A DNA stretch of 63,203 nucleotides, counting the filler, from Octopus bimaculoides (Eukaryota), in the NCBI RefSeq assembly GCF_001194135.2. It is 6 parts of 6 records of this genome, joined end to end, with 100 filler letters (N's around TTAATTAATTAA, not from the genome) between each part and the next. Parts side by side here need not be neighbours in the genome. Positions count along the whole stretch, not along the records: positions 34,087 to 42,392 come from NC_068994.1; positions 42,493 to 62,029 come from NC_068996.1; 4 more parts are not named here. One strand, given 5' to 3'. The notes under the pieces were generated by a model. That model was not told where the DNA came from. It ran no database searches and saw only the letters and a list, made by a program, of their open reading frames with translations. Below, in pieces: positions 34,753-49,740 of the stretch; the stretch's first letter is position 1; every line of letters starts with the position of its first letter. A program made the translations under genes and the position numbers.

Positions 34753-37700
34753 NNNNNNNNNNCACACGCACTGTATATTTGGTGTTAATTTGCTTCAGCT
34801 TTATATTACATTAATCTTAATCTTATTTCGGCCAGAGTTCTTTCGTCACACTTCTGTGACCTCATATACACATATACACGCACATACATATATATAAATG
34901 TATATATCCAAAGTTAGGGAAAGGAGTAGATAAAATCCAGGTTATGAACTGCTTGACACTTATTATCTTCCTACACCTTATTCCTGGGATCTTACTTTAC
35001 TTATTATATATATATATGTATATGTATAGACAAGCCTATGACTGATAAGTGAAACTAGTCTAGTCCAATGATCCTAATCACTCATGGGGTGGTTATCTCT
35101 CCTGTCAGTGTATATATGTAGTGTGCTTCATACAGCATTAAGAGTTTTTAACTCTTATTTCTTGCAATATAGATGCTTCGGCACCCTCATTCACAACTAA
35201 TGATGATTGTAAGCATGTATGTATGTATGTATGTATGTATGTATGTATNNNNNNNNNNGTATGTATGTATGTATGTATGTATGTATGTATGCGTGCATGT
35301 ATGCATGTGTAAGAATGTTTCTATTTAACTAATGGTTATATTTACATGTTATTTGGAGTTTAAAAATGTGTTTTGCCTCATTGAATTCTTGTTCAAATGT
35401 TTGCTCATATCAAGGCCTTCAAATTGCAATTCCGTGTTAGCGAGCTTCAGTCTAGTGTTTGCTTGTATCATGTAGGTTCTATTTACTTATTTTTTGTTTA
35501 TGCATCCTGATAAACTGTTCCAGCAGTTTATTTGAAATCATTTTACAAGAATTTGTCTGGATTACTCTGTATGTGTGTATATTTGCATGTGAGCACTGAT
35601 AGTCCAAGTCAGCTTTGATCAAACAGTCCTATGATCAAAAGCATTCAAGACATGAACAACCTATTGTTGTTCCAGGTACAGAAATTTCTAGATCGCATTA
35701 GACAGCAGTATCTTCTCTACTAAAAGAAGAACAGAGTGTGACTTGGAGGAAGACTAACTGCTATTTAAAGCAGGTCAAGTGACTACATAGACTCATAGTA
35801 TGTTTGTATATGTGTGTTTGATCATAGTTGTAAAAAAAAAATCAGGTATTGTTTAAGAAAATCTATGTACTTCTGTTAAGGAGTGTGTGTTTATGTATTT
35901 ATATATTTATGTTTTGTGCTCTTACATGTGTTAACTAGTGTAAACATGCTTGTATTCTGAGTAAGTGTAGAACAGTTTACTTTTAAAATGTATGTTTATC
36001 AATATGAATTTCTAAAGTAAGCTTTTATAATTGCAAGTGTTTGTAAGTATGCAGTAGAGCAAATGTAAATGCAGTCCTTTCTTTTCCATTTTCTCAAAAA
36101 AGTTTGTCATATTTTTGAGAATATATGTTTAATGTTTTTCTCATCTTCTTTTTATCAATCTTTGTAATTCCATGTGTATTTTTTCATATACTTGTTTGTT
36201 AGTGAATATCATTGTGAGATATAGGATTCTTCTTGCATAGAATTTGTGATCATTTCCATAATCATCTAATTTATAGGTGGGTTTTCTTTGTTTATATTTA
36301 ATTTTAAATAAATTGGTTCATAATTTGTTTTTTTCTTTTTTCACAAATAATTTTACTGAAATTGTAACTTAGAAATTTTTTGCTTTTGCTAATCCATTTA
36401 TGAAAAGTTCATTTATTACTTTCATATTATGAAAACAAAAATTTGCTTTTTTTTTTCAGTATTTCTTTCAATTTTTTAATAAAGTGCTGTGAAATCATGT
36501 TAATTTGTGTAATGCATCAGAAAAATACGTTTTTGGCATGTTACTTACATATATTTTTAATTATAGTTTTCCCAGGTTAGCTATGATTATACGAACAAAG
36601 GTGTTCTGTAGAAAATAGGTCATTGTTTGTTTTAGAGCTTAGTATGATCACAGTTATACAGCCAACAGATCTTACAGTTGTGGTTGCACAAACATAGTTT
36701 ATATGATACAGTTATTTTCCTTTATATCTTGCAGCTATGCAAGGAAATGATATTATCGTTACACTATAACATCCAATGAACACCAAAGCAAAATCCACTA
36801 GAGTGATTTTGGTACACAGGATGCCTTCACAGAAACCCTTGGATATTACAGAATAATCACATTTGCCACACTTGCATTTGCCCACTGAATTTTCTTGAAT
36901 GAAGGAACAACAGTTGAGAATGTCTCGATCATTCAAGGTTGCTACAGAAACTATTTAATATTTCTCAATACACAGAATATTGGTTTCAGATTTTGGCACA
37001 AGGCCAACAACTTCGGGGAAGGGGCTAAATCAATTACATCAACCCCAGTACTCAAATGGAACTTATTTTAATGAACCTGAAAAAATGAAAGGCAAAGTTC
37101 ACCAAAGTTCACCTCAGAATGTAAAGACAGAGGAAATGCCACTGAAAATGACTCAAAAGGTTTGGAAATATTAAACCTTAGCCTCAAAAATGCTGAATTT
37201 TGGGCAAAAGACTGGTAAAAATGGAAGGAAAATGTTGATTGGTGTGGACACTTAAGGAAGCAATATGTATCAAGAGAACATAGCCTGCCTCAATGGTTTA
37301 TGATAAGGATAAAGATATATGCATGGTATAGTAGTTTCATTGAAAATGAAATTATAAGTTAATACTTTAGATTATTCTTTTACATTTATTAATTATTTAA
37401 TTAAATACATGATCCCCAATCATAAAAAGTTAGGTTATTGTACTTGATATTCAAGTTGAATTTCATCATTAGGAAGTAAATGGACAGCAAATGAGCTGAT
37501 GAAGTCTGTATATCTCAGTTGGAAGATTGAGCAAAATGTTCACTTTTAGTTTTGGAGGAATGAGAAAAGGTAGTGTCAGACCAGTGCATTGAATGGGGTT
37601 AGCACAGATGATACTGATCTTACTAGTTCTGAGGGGCAAACAAAACATGATAAAAGTGAAATAGATAGCTATATATATATATATATATANNNNNNNNNNN

Positions 37701-40453
37701 NNNNNNNNNNNNNNNNNNNNNNNNNNNNNNNNNNNNNNNNNNNNNNNNNNNNNNNNNNNNNNNNNNNNNNNNNNNNNNNNNNNNNNNNNNNNNNNNNNNN
37801 NNNNNNNNNNNNNNNNNNNNNNNNNNNNNNNNNNNNNNNNNNNNNNNNNNATAGAGAGAGAGAGAGAGAGAGAGAGAAAATGTAGCAGTTTTGTGATAAA
37901 TCAGCCAGATGGTGTCTCTAAAAGAATTGCAGCATGTGTGTGAATGTTTATTGTTGCAGTATTGTCTCTGTACATGACTGGCACTTTAATAAGGGTTGCA
38001 CTTATTGAAAATAGTAATTAAACAAGAATGAAGTTGGTATTTAGCTTGAGGTTAGCCCTATGGTCAGTTATTCATCTGGCGTTGTCACTGGAACTGGCTG
38101 TGTCTTGCATGGTCAGTGACTTGACCTTAAAAGGTCTGAAACCAAAGACTTTGAGACGAGGAGTAGCTGGGTTTTTATAATGAACAGGTAGCTCAACCCG
38201 AGTTAAGAACAGGCTGTCACACGTGATCTTATTTAGAGCTGTGATTGGTTATATGCTGTAGATTGGCATGACAGAGTAAGAGACAAATTGCACCAATATC
38301 AACCAATCAGAATAGTGGACACAACGGGGTCCAAATAGTGGCCAAAGGTTAGCTGTTATATGCTATGTTCGAATGTTCATATATATATAATAAAAGGGAG
38401 AGGAATTTCACTCAAGTGTACGCTACAGTTTTGTTACCTTGGTCTTTAGTCATTTAAGGTTATACTCTATATGGCATAGGATACTTCTTTTCATAGGGTT
38501 TATTTCTTCTGCAGTACTTTTAGTTTATAGTTCACTATTAAGTCTATACAAATGCATAATTTGACTACCCCATTATTCTGTTTTCTATGTCATAGTATTA
38601 CTAACTAAATAGTGTATAAATTTTTTGTTTTCTATCTATTTCGTCCATGCTTTTCAATTTATCTTCTATATATTTATTGTACTGCATATATCATTGCAGC
38701 AAACAGCTTTACTTTGCACAACTTCCTATTGAAAACACGACAATAACAAATCTATAAAAAAATTCTATAAAGCTTTTCAGGTTTATTATTTCTTTTATGA
38801 GAACATAGAAATTGTACACCAGTTTTCAAATTACGTCATGAGTTTGGTCTTGGTAAATGTTGAGTGAGTAATTATTTCTTTCTCTCTTTCTCTAATAAAA
38901 TACTTCATAATTTTTTAATAAATGAAATGTATTCATCACCAAAATTTAATAAAAGATACTTCTGGTATCATTATCTTTTCAGTAATGCAGGTTCTATTTT
39001 TTTATAACTTTTTCTGATCTGTTATAAATAAGTAAAGCTTTCTTGTTTTTAAAAATGCTTTAGTAAAATGCCATAAATTCCAGTAGGGGACACTAGACAA
39101 GTAAAATCTGTATTTCATGATTTAGGTAAAACATTTTGATTAATTTGTTGGCATGAGGGCTGACTACTTGTTGCATAAAGGGAAGAAGATACTTTTGTAA
39201 AATTTGATTTTTGCGATGTCATGCAGTGACACTTTCATGGCTGAAAAGTTATATAATCCAATACATTGATAGTGATAACACTCCAGCCTTGTTTATATTT
39301 GCTCCAAATCTTGATGTTTGTAGGTAATCTTCAAATTATTTTTCATTAACTTTTTTCCAAACATCTTTGGTGGTCATCTGGCTGAAGAAATATTCTTGGA
39401 TGCAAGATGTAAAAAGTCAAAGTTCTCTTTTCTGCACATTTCAAGAAATTACTTTTTCTTTTCAGGAAGAAGTTCTACTACAAACTGTATATTTCTGCAG
39501 ATTCCTATTTTATTAAACACGATCCTTTTGTCATTTTTATAGCAAAATTATTCATTAAGTTGTATCTGCTTTATATTTTGAGTTTCGACTGATTTCCTCT
39601 CAGATGCTGTTTTCTGGTTACTGAATCTCTTGTTTTGATGCCCTTTTATATATTGAATACTAGAAAGTCCAGTTTTCTTAATTACAAATTCATTTTGATT
39701 GTCATTAAGAGAAAGATCCTTATTTTTTTTCTAAAGTTACAATTAAGGACTAACTATGATGCAAGAGATCAAACTAAGTAATGAACATGAGCTGTCTAAT
39801 TAAAAACAGATACAAAACAACAAAATTTAATGAAAAGAAAGTCTCTACACAATCTTTAAGAGAAAATGAGGTGAGGGAATCAAAGCAATAAATAAAAGAA
39901 CAAAAATTAAAATAAATGTATACAAATTGAAAAAACAAACAAACAATTAAAATTAATCAAAAATAAGCAAATAAAATATTTTAAAATCACAATGAGTATA
40001 AGAAGGTCAGTAATTTATTGTTATTTCACAATCTTAACCGATGTGTATGTCTTTATGACTGAGCTGTGTGTGATTATATATCTGTGTTTATTTGTACATG
40101 AGTATATACATGTATGTATGTGTTGGTATGTATGTGTGTCTATATGTTTCGTAACCTGCGGTACTGTGTGTATGAGTTGTATGCATGTGGGCGTACATCC
40201 TTGTGAGTATGCCTATATACATGTGTGTGCTTGTATAGTAAGCAGAACATGTATTCATGTGCATGTCTGTACATGTAGTGTGAACATGTGTGAATGTATG
40301 TATATACGTGTGCATTTGAGCAACATTGAATATTTTCTTGTATGTGTGTGTATGTGTATGTGTGACTTTCCGTATTCCCGAGCGTCATACTAATATATAC
40401 TTTTGTTATTTACACCACCTGTCCTCGTCTGTTGTTATTTTTTGTATATTCTC

Positions 40454-40503
<50 letters not shown>

Positions 40504-40804
40504 ATATTATTCACTTAATGACACAGATAAATGACATTGTAGTGTCTTTGTTGCTGTTTTTCAATGATGATGCTAATGTGCACCAAACTTGCATAAGCTG
40601 ACTGGCTATAACAAACAACCTTCTAAGTATATAGGCGCTGGCATGGCTGTGTGGTAAGAAGTTTGCTTCTCTGCCACATTGCTCCAGGTTCAGTCCCACT
40701 GCATGGCATCTTGAGCAAGTGTCTTCTATTATAACCACGAGCTGACCAATGCCTTGAGAGTGGATTTGGTAGACAGAAACTGAAAGAAATCCATCGTATA
40801 TATT

Positions 40805-41975
40805 CATCATCATCATCATCGTTTAACGTCCGTTTTCCATGCTGGCATGGGTTGGAAGGTTTGACTGAAGTCTGGAGAGCCAGCGGCTGCTCCAGGCTCC
40901 AAGCTGATTTGACAATGTTTCTACAGCTGGATGTCCTTCCTAACGCCAACCACTCCAAGAGTGTAGTGGGTGCTTTTTATGTGCCACCAGCATGGGAACC
41001 AGTCAGGCAGGCCTGGCATTGATTACGTTTGGATGGTGTTTTTTACATACCACTGGCACAGGAGCCAGTCAGGGGGTACAGGCTACATCTACGATATTGG
41101 TTTTACTTGACTCAACAGGTCTTCTCAAGCATATCATATCGCCCGATACATCAGGGGTATTCTTAACAGGGCCGGACATGTGTGGCTGCGGTCTCACTTT
41201 AATTGTAGGTCTTCTCAATCACAGCATATCTCCAAAGGTTCTGGTCTCCTGTCATTGCCTCTGTGAGGTCCAAGGTTCGAAGGTCATGTTTCACCACCTC
41301 ATCTCATGTCTTCCTGTGTCTGCCTCTTCCACAGGTTCCTTCTACAGTTAGGGAGTGACACTTCCTAACTGTCTTCATTCATACACAACAGCTGTCTTCA
41401 TTCATACACAACACATGACCATACCAGCGCAGACGCCTCTTTTGCACACCACATTTGATGCTTCTTATGCCCAACTTTTTTCTCAGAGCACTTACACTCT
41501 GTTGTGTATGCACAGATATTACACATCCAGCAGATGATACAAGCTTAATTTCTTTCAAGCCTACTCCTATCCTCAGCATTCATGGCCCATGTTTCACTGC
41601 CGTGTAGCATGGCAGTTTGCACACGTGCATCATACAGTCTACCTTTCACCTTGAGCGAGAGGCCCTTCGTTGCCAGCAGAGGTAGGAACTCCCTGAATTT
41701 TTCCCAAGCTATTCTTACTCTAGTTGCCACACTCTCAGAGCAGCTACTCCCACTACAGACTTGGTCACCTAGGTAGTGGAAACTATTAACTACTTCTAGT
41801 TTTCTGGAATCTGTTTTCTGTACATCTTCAGTGTTTATTGCGCCAGTGCATCTGCCACACACAAAAACTATTTTCCCGGTTAACCTTCCTTTGAAATTGC
41901 TGCACCTCTTATGTGTCCATAGCTTACACTGGGTACATTTTATAGAGTTTCTACCTATAAAATGCAACCATTATA
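40805..41975 (-). mobile_element. RTE-clade LINE 3-prime portion with (GAT)n tail
   Basis: ORF 41545..41967: LEVVNSFHYLGD...RVRIAWEKFRE...KGRLYDARVQTAMLHGSETW; continues into VQKRRLRWYGHVL; the 3-prime UTR ends in GATGAT repeats. Confidence 0.88.
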
Positions 41976-42492
41976 TCAATTTAAATGCAAAGCAATCCTC
42001 AGATGCATAAATACATAGAATTAAATTAAATTAAAACAGATGAATACATTAATATAATTTTACCTAAAACCTCCAAGAAGGTAAGGAGATAGAAAACGAA
42101 CATGCTGTCTTCACTTCAGCTTAGAAGCTACTAAGGTATCAGGAAGAAAGACTCTGGTCGAGATCTAGCTTGTCACTGTCTTTGGGGGTCAGTTTTAATT
42201 TATACTCTTGTTTATCAAATATTTGTATATCAAAAATCTAAGGGTAAATGAGAAATACCAATATACATCAATTGTAAAACTAAAGTATTTAGTTTTCACT
42301 GAATACTGGTATAAACTGAAGAATTACGATGCAAACATCCCTTAAAAGATTATAGGTCCTTGGCATGATTATATATATATATATATATATATNNNNNNNN
42401 NNNNNNNNNNNNNNNNNNNNNNNNNNNNNNNNNNNNTTAATTAATTAANNNNNNNNNNNNNNNNNNNNNNNNNNNNNNNNNNNNNNNNNNNN

Positions 42493-42539
<47 letters not shown>

Positions 42540-42849
42540 AACATATACACATATACTTATATATATTCACATATATACTAGGTATATATGTATATTTATA
42601 TAGGTATGTATATATATACATATATATACGCATATATGTATATACATATATATAAGCTATATATATACGTATATATACGTTTATATATGCATATACATGT
42701 GTATATACGTTTATATATATATATTTGTATATAAATACACACCCACACACACACATATAGATTCATGTATGTATGCATATATATACATATATACACACAT
42801 ACATACATACATACATACATACACACACACACATATATATATTATATAC

Positions 42850-42904
<55 letters not shown>

Positions 42905-43053
42905 GTGTGTGTGTTATTTGTAAACAAATCAGAAAGTTACGGAGAGAAAGCTATTATGGATAACTCATAGTATCCGTACGATATATATGCATATATATAT
43001 ATAATTATAAAGTGGTTTGACGCAATATAAAACCAAAAAGGAAAAATTCAATT

Positions 43054-43772
43054 AGCACTAATGGTGCCTGGGGATGCAGAGTAGTGCCTACATTGCTAGA
43101 AACAAGAGTCAAAGACCCGTATGACCGCAAGAAGCACATTTTCTACGTACTGATAGGGGAGATAACCACCCCGCAGCGAGCGAGGTCACAATACTGGCAA
43201 GCTAGTCTTGCTTGGAATTAAAGCGCATCAGTAGTGTTGCTCCATCGGTGATGGTTAAGCTAAATCCTACCTGTCAGTATATAGTATTTACCATATGAAT
43301 CAATGGATGATCTAGCAAATTGGTAATATGAAAATTATAGACAGTATGTTATTTGTGGCTATAAGGGTTTTTGACTCTTGTGTTTTAGCAATACAAGTGC
43401 TACCGTGCACCGTCAGTTACAATTAGTGACAATTTGAATTCTTCCATTTCCGTTTTATATTGCTTATAGCTGCCTTCGTTATTTTATAATTTTCACATTA
43501 CCATTTTGCTGAATCATCCATTGATTCATATGGTAAATACTATATACTGTCAGGTAAGAATTTGTTTAACTAGCAGCGATGGAACGATCACTACTGATGC
43601 GCTTTAATTCCAAGCAAAACTAGTTTGCTAGTTTAATGACCTCGCTTGCTGCTGGGTAATTAACCTCTCCTGTCAGTACATAGACAATGTGCTTTTTGTG
43701 GTTATAAAGGCCTTTGACTCTTGTTTCTAGAAATGAAGGTGCTACTCTCAGGCTCAGTCACTATTAGTGAAA
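43054..43772. repeat. Cluster of an unclassified repeat of about 200 bp: one forward copy and two reverse copies
   Basis: 43054-43260 is inverted relative to 43565-43772, with a perfect 29-bp core (43208-43236 / 43589-43617). Partial copy at 43265-43435; related copy at about 35045-35200. Confidence 0.8.
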
Positions 43773-43774
43773 AC

Positions 43775-43819
<45 letters not shown>

Positions 43820-44700
43820 TTTAATATTTCGCATAGGCATTGCCAGACTAAAAACCTAGTGTAGAATCAATATACATTTGTTTTAGAAGAAAGCGTCAGT
43901 CGAGTACAGAGCGGTAATAAGAAAGAGAGATGACAAAGGAATGAATGATCGATCATTTTATGAACTTCATTAGCTTACAGCTGTTTCTGCTATAATATGC
44001 ACTGCACTCAGAGCTGAGTGCCTGAACAACACCTTAGAGCTTCATCGGAGCCTCAAATATGAAGTGCAATTTATTTGGGAAAATAACTACATATACACAC
44101 AGAGCTTTGGTTTAAAGACAGACGAAATTCCATGTGAAAAGACGGATGGATGAGACTTATATAAGTGCTGAGACTTATATAAGTGGATTGAATGGTTTAT
44201 AAATCAAATAATATATATAAGTCGAAACAAAATTGTTGGCTCTTTTGGTTTTTCAATGATTTTTTAAATGTTATCTTATCTTATATTATATTCATAACAT
44301 ATGTTATATAATAATATTAATAAATTATTGGATTGTCAATTGAATCTTTCTATTTAATTTATTGTTTGCAATTTGCATTTTACCTATATTTATGTGGTAT
44401 TCAAGTTACATATCAGTGAAGTGGATGTTTTACATACCCATTTGAAGGAATTCCTTTCGTTAGTTATGTATAAAATAAATTTTTTTTACTTGTTTCACTC
44501 ATTGGATTGCGGCCATGCCTGGGCACCGCCTTAAAGGGTCTTAGTCGAACAAATCGAACACAGAACTGATTCTTTTTCAGCCTGGTAGTTAATCTATCGG
44601 TGTCTTTTCCGAACCTCTAAGTTACGGGGACGTAAAGACACCAACGGGAGTAGGAAATACAGTGACAAAGAAAAAAAAAGACACATAGATATAAACACAC

Positions 44701-44768
<68 letters not shown>

Positions 44769-45884
44769 GCGATAAGCTTCTTTCAATTTCCGTCTATCAA
44801 ACCTACATACAAGGCTTTGGTCTGCCCCAAGTTACAAAGTAAGACACTTGCCCAAGATACCACGTGGTGGTACTGAACCCGGAACTATGTGGTTGAAAAG
44901 CAAGCCTCTTACCACACAGTCACGCCCGATATGCGTACGTACCGAAGTAAACACGGATTTATATTACATTTGCATGTACAGTCACAAACGGCCGATTGAA
45001 TATAGCACGAGTCTCAAGGCTGCACCTAGGTACAAGCAGTGCACCATTGTACTGCACATAATAGATTCCAGCTTTACCTAACCCAAATTGCAGGTTCCAA
45101 GTAAGGTAAATAATTCGTGAGTAAAAAACATGTCTGAAACAGCTGTAGTGAGTGAACCACAATCCAAATGTTAAATGTTCACCCACCCGCCCATCCACAC
45201 ACACACACACACATGTACCTACATATATGTATATATATACATATATACTTTTAATTAAGCTGCAAAATCTTAAACTGTTACTCAGAGTTCTACGTTCCAC
45301 AGACTATTGTGATGAATACTAAATTAAAATTGTGATGGTACATGTAATATAATATGATATAATACAACTCATCGACTAAGCATTTAAATTTGAGGCTTAA
45401 TTAAATGGATGCTTCTCGAACAACTGGGGTCATATATCAACGGGAGCAAACGATGTAATCTTTGACAGGAACAGCAAGAATCTTGAAACACTCGCTTGAC
45501 CCGGGGGCCTTTTTAAACTCCAGGAAAGAAGTATTTAGTCCCCAGTAGAGACGTTTCTTGTTGCCAGCTTGGAACTCTCCATTCGCTGAATAGAATCACG
45601 GCAGAAGCTTCGAAAATCGTTATGGCTGGAACTGATGAAAGGGGGATAACCCCGTTCCGCCTGAAACAGTACATGCAGAGTCATTCTGGAGTACATATTT
45701 TTTGTTTACAAAACTGACTATGACGAAGGAGAGACTGGAATAACATGACCTGAAGTGCTTTACTCAAGAACAAAACGCACCGTCCGGCCTGGGAATCGAA
45801 CCCACGACGTAGTGATAGTGAGTGCAACAGCCTAACCAGTAGGACACGCGACTTCACTGCACACAGACACACACACTTTTATAA

Positions 45885-45924
<40 letters not shown>

Positions 45925-45997
45925 TTATAAATAAATACACACACACACACACACACNNNNNNNNNNCACACACACACACACACTTTTATAAATAAAT

Positions 45998-46038
<41 letters not shown>

Positions 46039-46559
46039 CATACATATTCTTAAACACACACATGATACACACACTCATGCACATTGATATTTGTTTTTGC
46101 TAACATTCGTTTATGAGATTTTCGCTATATACCGTACGACTTGTCTGCAGTCGAATCAAGGCTTCTTATAAAGAGACTGCTTCTCTTTCATCCAACCTCT
46201 ACGTAACCACTTGAAAATAGGAGCCAAATATTCAACGAACCATAGCATACCATATTAAGAAAAACGAAATAGAAAAGAAATGGCGGATCGACCAGTGAAG
46301 TCCTTTACACACGAAACGTAAAGTTCCTGAAGTATGTGACGTCTAGCATCGTAATTCTACGCGATCAAGAATAACCAAACGTTAAACAACAGCAGCAACA
46401 ACAACAAAAAGAATAAATGAAAATTTACAGTGACAATTAAAAAAATGTTTCTATTCAAGTAAAGAAACTGAATAATAGAAGAAACGCGAATTGAGAAGGC
46501 AGCATATAAAAATCGTAGACAGTAAACAATGGAAAAGGAAATTTGTGATCTGTGTAGCT

Positions 46560-48330
46560 GACTATATGGAATTGTGGACAACCTACGCTATCCCTATCCA
46601 CTGTCTTACAGAATACTCTATCTAAATACGATCTGGACGACCCGATGCGGTTGGTCCATGTTCACATTGGCACATTCGGGTGGTCCAGTTGGTACCTGTC
46701 AGACAGTTGGAAACGTCTGAGCAAGTCTTTGAGACATTTACATCCCTTCCTATTACTATCTCTGCCCACGTAGTCTAGATGCGTGTCCAAGGTAGCATTC
46801 CACTAAAAGTAAAGGTGGAGACGTTCCAGGAAAACATCTAGGCGTCGAAAGAGATCTGGCCGACCTGTTAAGGACGGTGCATAAACTGTTATCAGTCGAA
46901 GAGCACACCAATTGCTGCCGTCAACATCCAAGACGATCAGCCTACCCTCCTAGGGATATTGCTCTTACTTTGAGGTCCAGACTCTTCAGAAGAAGCACCG
47001 CGGTTCCACCTCCACCCATTCTCAGCAGACACGGAGAAAAATAAATGTCGTAATGTCCGCCGAACATGTGCTGGAGTGCCCGCGGGTTGTGGAGTCTGGT
47101 CTCACTGATGGCTATGATATGCACATTCTGTTACTTGATGTCATTTAACAGGTAGCCTTGTTTCCAAGGCGACCCCGAGTCACGTACATTTATACAACCT
47201 ATTCTGAGCATGTTCCTATCGAAAGTTGTTTTACACACGAAAAGAAGATGAAATAGAATATGAGAGAGAGAGAGAGAGAGTCACTTACTGTTCGAAAGAT
47301 TTTTCTCCTTTACCTCACAGTCTTCTTCCAGAAGGTTTTTGCGCAGTTTTTTTAGAGAGGTATTTTTGAGATCTCCCTACTGCATCTGGGTAGGAAGATT
47401 CCAGTGTGTTGTGTGAGTTCTTTGTTATATGTATGATTTTAATGTGTTGTGCGAGGATGATTATTTATTTTGCTATCGTTTTCTGTTATGTTGGAATTTG
47501 ACCTAATGTATTCCATTAGGTCTGAATTGTTAGTGTTTATAGCTGTCAACATTGTGGGGTCATTTGGTGTTTGTGTTAGCGCTTTTGTATTCTGTGGGTG
47601 TTTTGGTTTTGGAAGTGGCAAACCTCCCTGTTTTGTTTGTTTGCTCCTCTATTTTTTTACCCCTTTTTCTCCTTCCCCTTGTGGCCACTTGCCAAGCCTC
47701 TGTGTCGCCTTCATGTGACGACATGTCGGAGGAATCAGAAAGTGGGAGAGAAAGGGTATTGGAGTCTATTTCTGAGTGTGTTAATGTTGATTTTATTGTT
47801 GGTGTTGGTGCTGGGTTGGTGACAGTTGGGATGTGGTGTATGGGTTTTGGGGGGGGGGGTGAGGTATGAGTCCTTTTGTTTTTCTCTTCTTCCTTTGGAG
47901 TTGTTGTTGCTGGTGGTGGTAGTGATGGTTGTTGTTAATCTTCATCTTGTTGTCGTTGTTGTTGATCTTGATCTTGTTGTTGTTGTATCTGTGCTAATGG
48001 GTAATTAATTTTTAAGTGTGATTTGCTACCACAGACGTAGCAACGTGGCTTTCTACCTTCGACGGCCACATGCCAGTTCGAAACGTCTGCCACTTTGATA
48101 AGATGTGGAATCATTTCAATACTGATTGGATCAACTTGAGCAAGGATTTCCACTCCTTGACCAATCCAATTTTGCTGGCCCAGGACAGCGATTTCCAAGA
48201 TGGGGATTGCCTCCTCGATATCATAACAAATGGCAGACACAAGCCATTTTATTTGTATCTCAGGAGGCACATCTTTGATTTTTTTATTTTTGTAACCCTA
48301 CGACCAAGGTATGTAGGGGTCATCATTAGG
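46560..48330 (-). mobile_element. Tx1/L1-like LINE 5-prime part: ORF1 with zinc knuckle plus start of the ORF2 AP endonuclease
   Basis: ORF 47935..48270 ends VEGRKPRCYVCGSKSHLKIN(Y), a degenerate CCHC. ORF 46942..47124 IIAISETRL...GGGGTAVLL, followed by ITVYAP, are APE motifs. Confidence 0.8.
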
Positions 48331-49172
48331 TTCTCGCATTCAAAAGACTTCAGATGGATAAATGGATAGATAAATGGATTGATAGATAGATGAATACAAA
48401 GATAAATGGACAGATAGATAAATAGATAGATAGATGAATAGAAATGAATAGAAAACTCTGCTTATATATATATAGGTATATAACAGAGGCAAGCATATTA
48501 TTTTTTTCTCTTTTTTCTTACAACAGCATAGGTTACAAAACAACGTTAATCTTTGAAATCAAAAAAGGAAAAAAAATATATAATAAATAATGAAGCGATA
48601 GAAAAGAAGAAATGTAATAATATTCAAATGCTTTCCCTCTTTGTATCAAAACTGGACGAACCAATAATTGAGCGGCTTACAAAAAGTAAAACTTAAAAGT
48701 GTCAGCCACAGCTGCGAGACGCTTTCATTCTTATGACGATCGTTGTGGCGTATTTACAGATATTGTTCTGGAAGATCACTTGTACGTAACTCGCTGATAT
48801 AGTTTGAACTTACACTTCTCCCACACACACACAATAAAACACACACACTCAAATGCCTACACACACACACACATACAAACACATACGTGCGAAGTATGTC
48901 GTACAGTAGAGAAGTGAGCCTAATGATAGGAGTTTTTCATAATACACTCAAATTCAATTTTAGATCAAACGGAAATTGACACCAGTACAGTTATGAATTT
49001 TTCTGTTACATATACACTTGTGTTGCTTCAGATCGCGCGCGCATGTGTGTCTGTTTATTTTTCCAGCGTGTTTATTTTTTGTGAATGTATGTGTACATGT
49101 GGATGTCACACGCTTTGATAAGTAGAGAAGGGTAATTTTGATATATCATATATGTATGTATATGTATATGTG

Positions 49173-49207
<35 letters not shown>

Positions 49208-49448
49208 CATGCGTGCGTTACATATTGATGTGTGTATGAAGCTACATGTTTGTTCTTTGCTGGCTGCAAAACAAAACAATTCAAAGCTGTTGAATGACAG
49301 GGCGAGAGAAAAGTTTTAAACTTCGTGGCTATCTGGTAAAAAGCTTGCCTGCCAGCCACAAAGTTCCGGGTTCAGTCCCACAGCATGGCACCCACCGACC
49401 AAAGCCTTGTGAGTGAATTTGGTAGACGGAAACTGAAAGAAGCCCGTC

Positions 49449-49483
<35 letters not shown>

Positions 49484-49740
49484 ACGTAGATGTACTTGCA
49501 TAGCAAGTGACCTGATCTGAGATCGTGTACTGAAACAAAAACAATTGCAGCGTGGAAGGTGTTTATAAGCCATTTAAAACAAAAACAAAAAAAACGTTAG
49601 ATTCACTCAACGTTTAGATTTAATTTGCCAAAATATTTGTTGACGCTACACCTAGGAACGAATCAAGTAGGGCATTTAAGAAAATGTTATAGAAAAGACA
49701 GGTAGGACTAACAAATCTGTATTAAGTAAATCACACCCAT

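Noticed and set aside
36712-36940. Cys-rich 74-aa minus ORF, and a good plus-strand acceptor at about 36733
   Set aside because: No recognisable domain; all plus frames close quickly after the acceptor; no supporting neighbouring exons.
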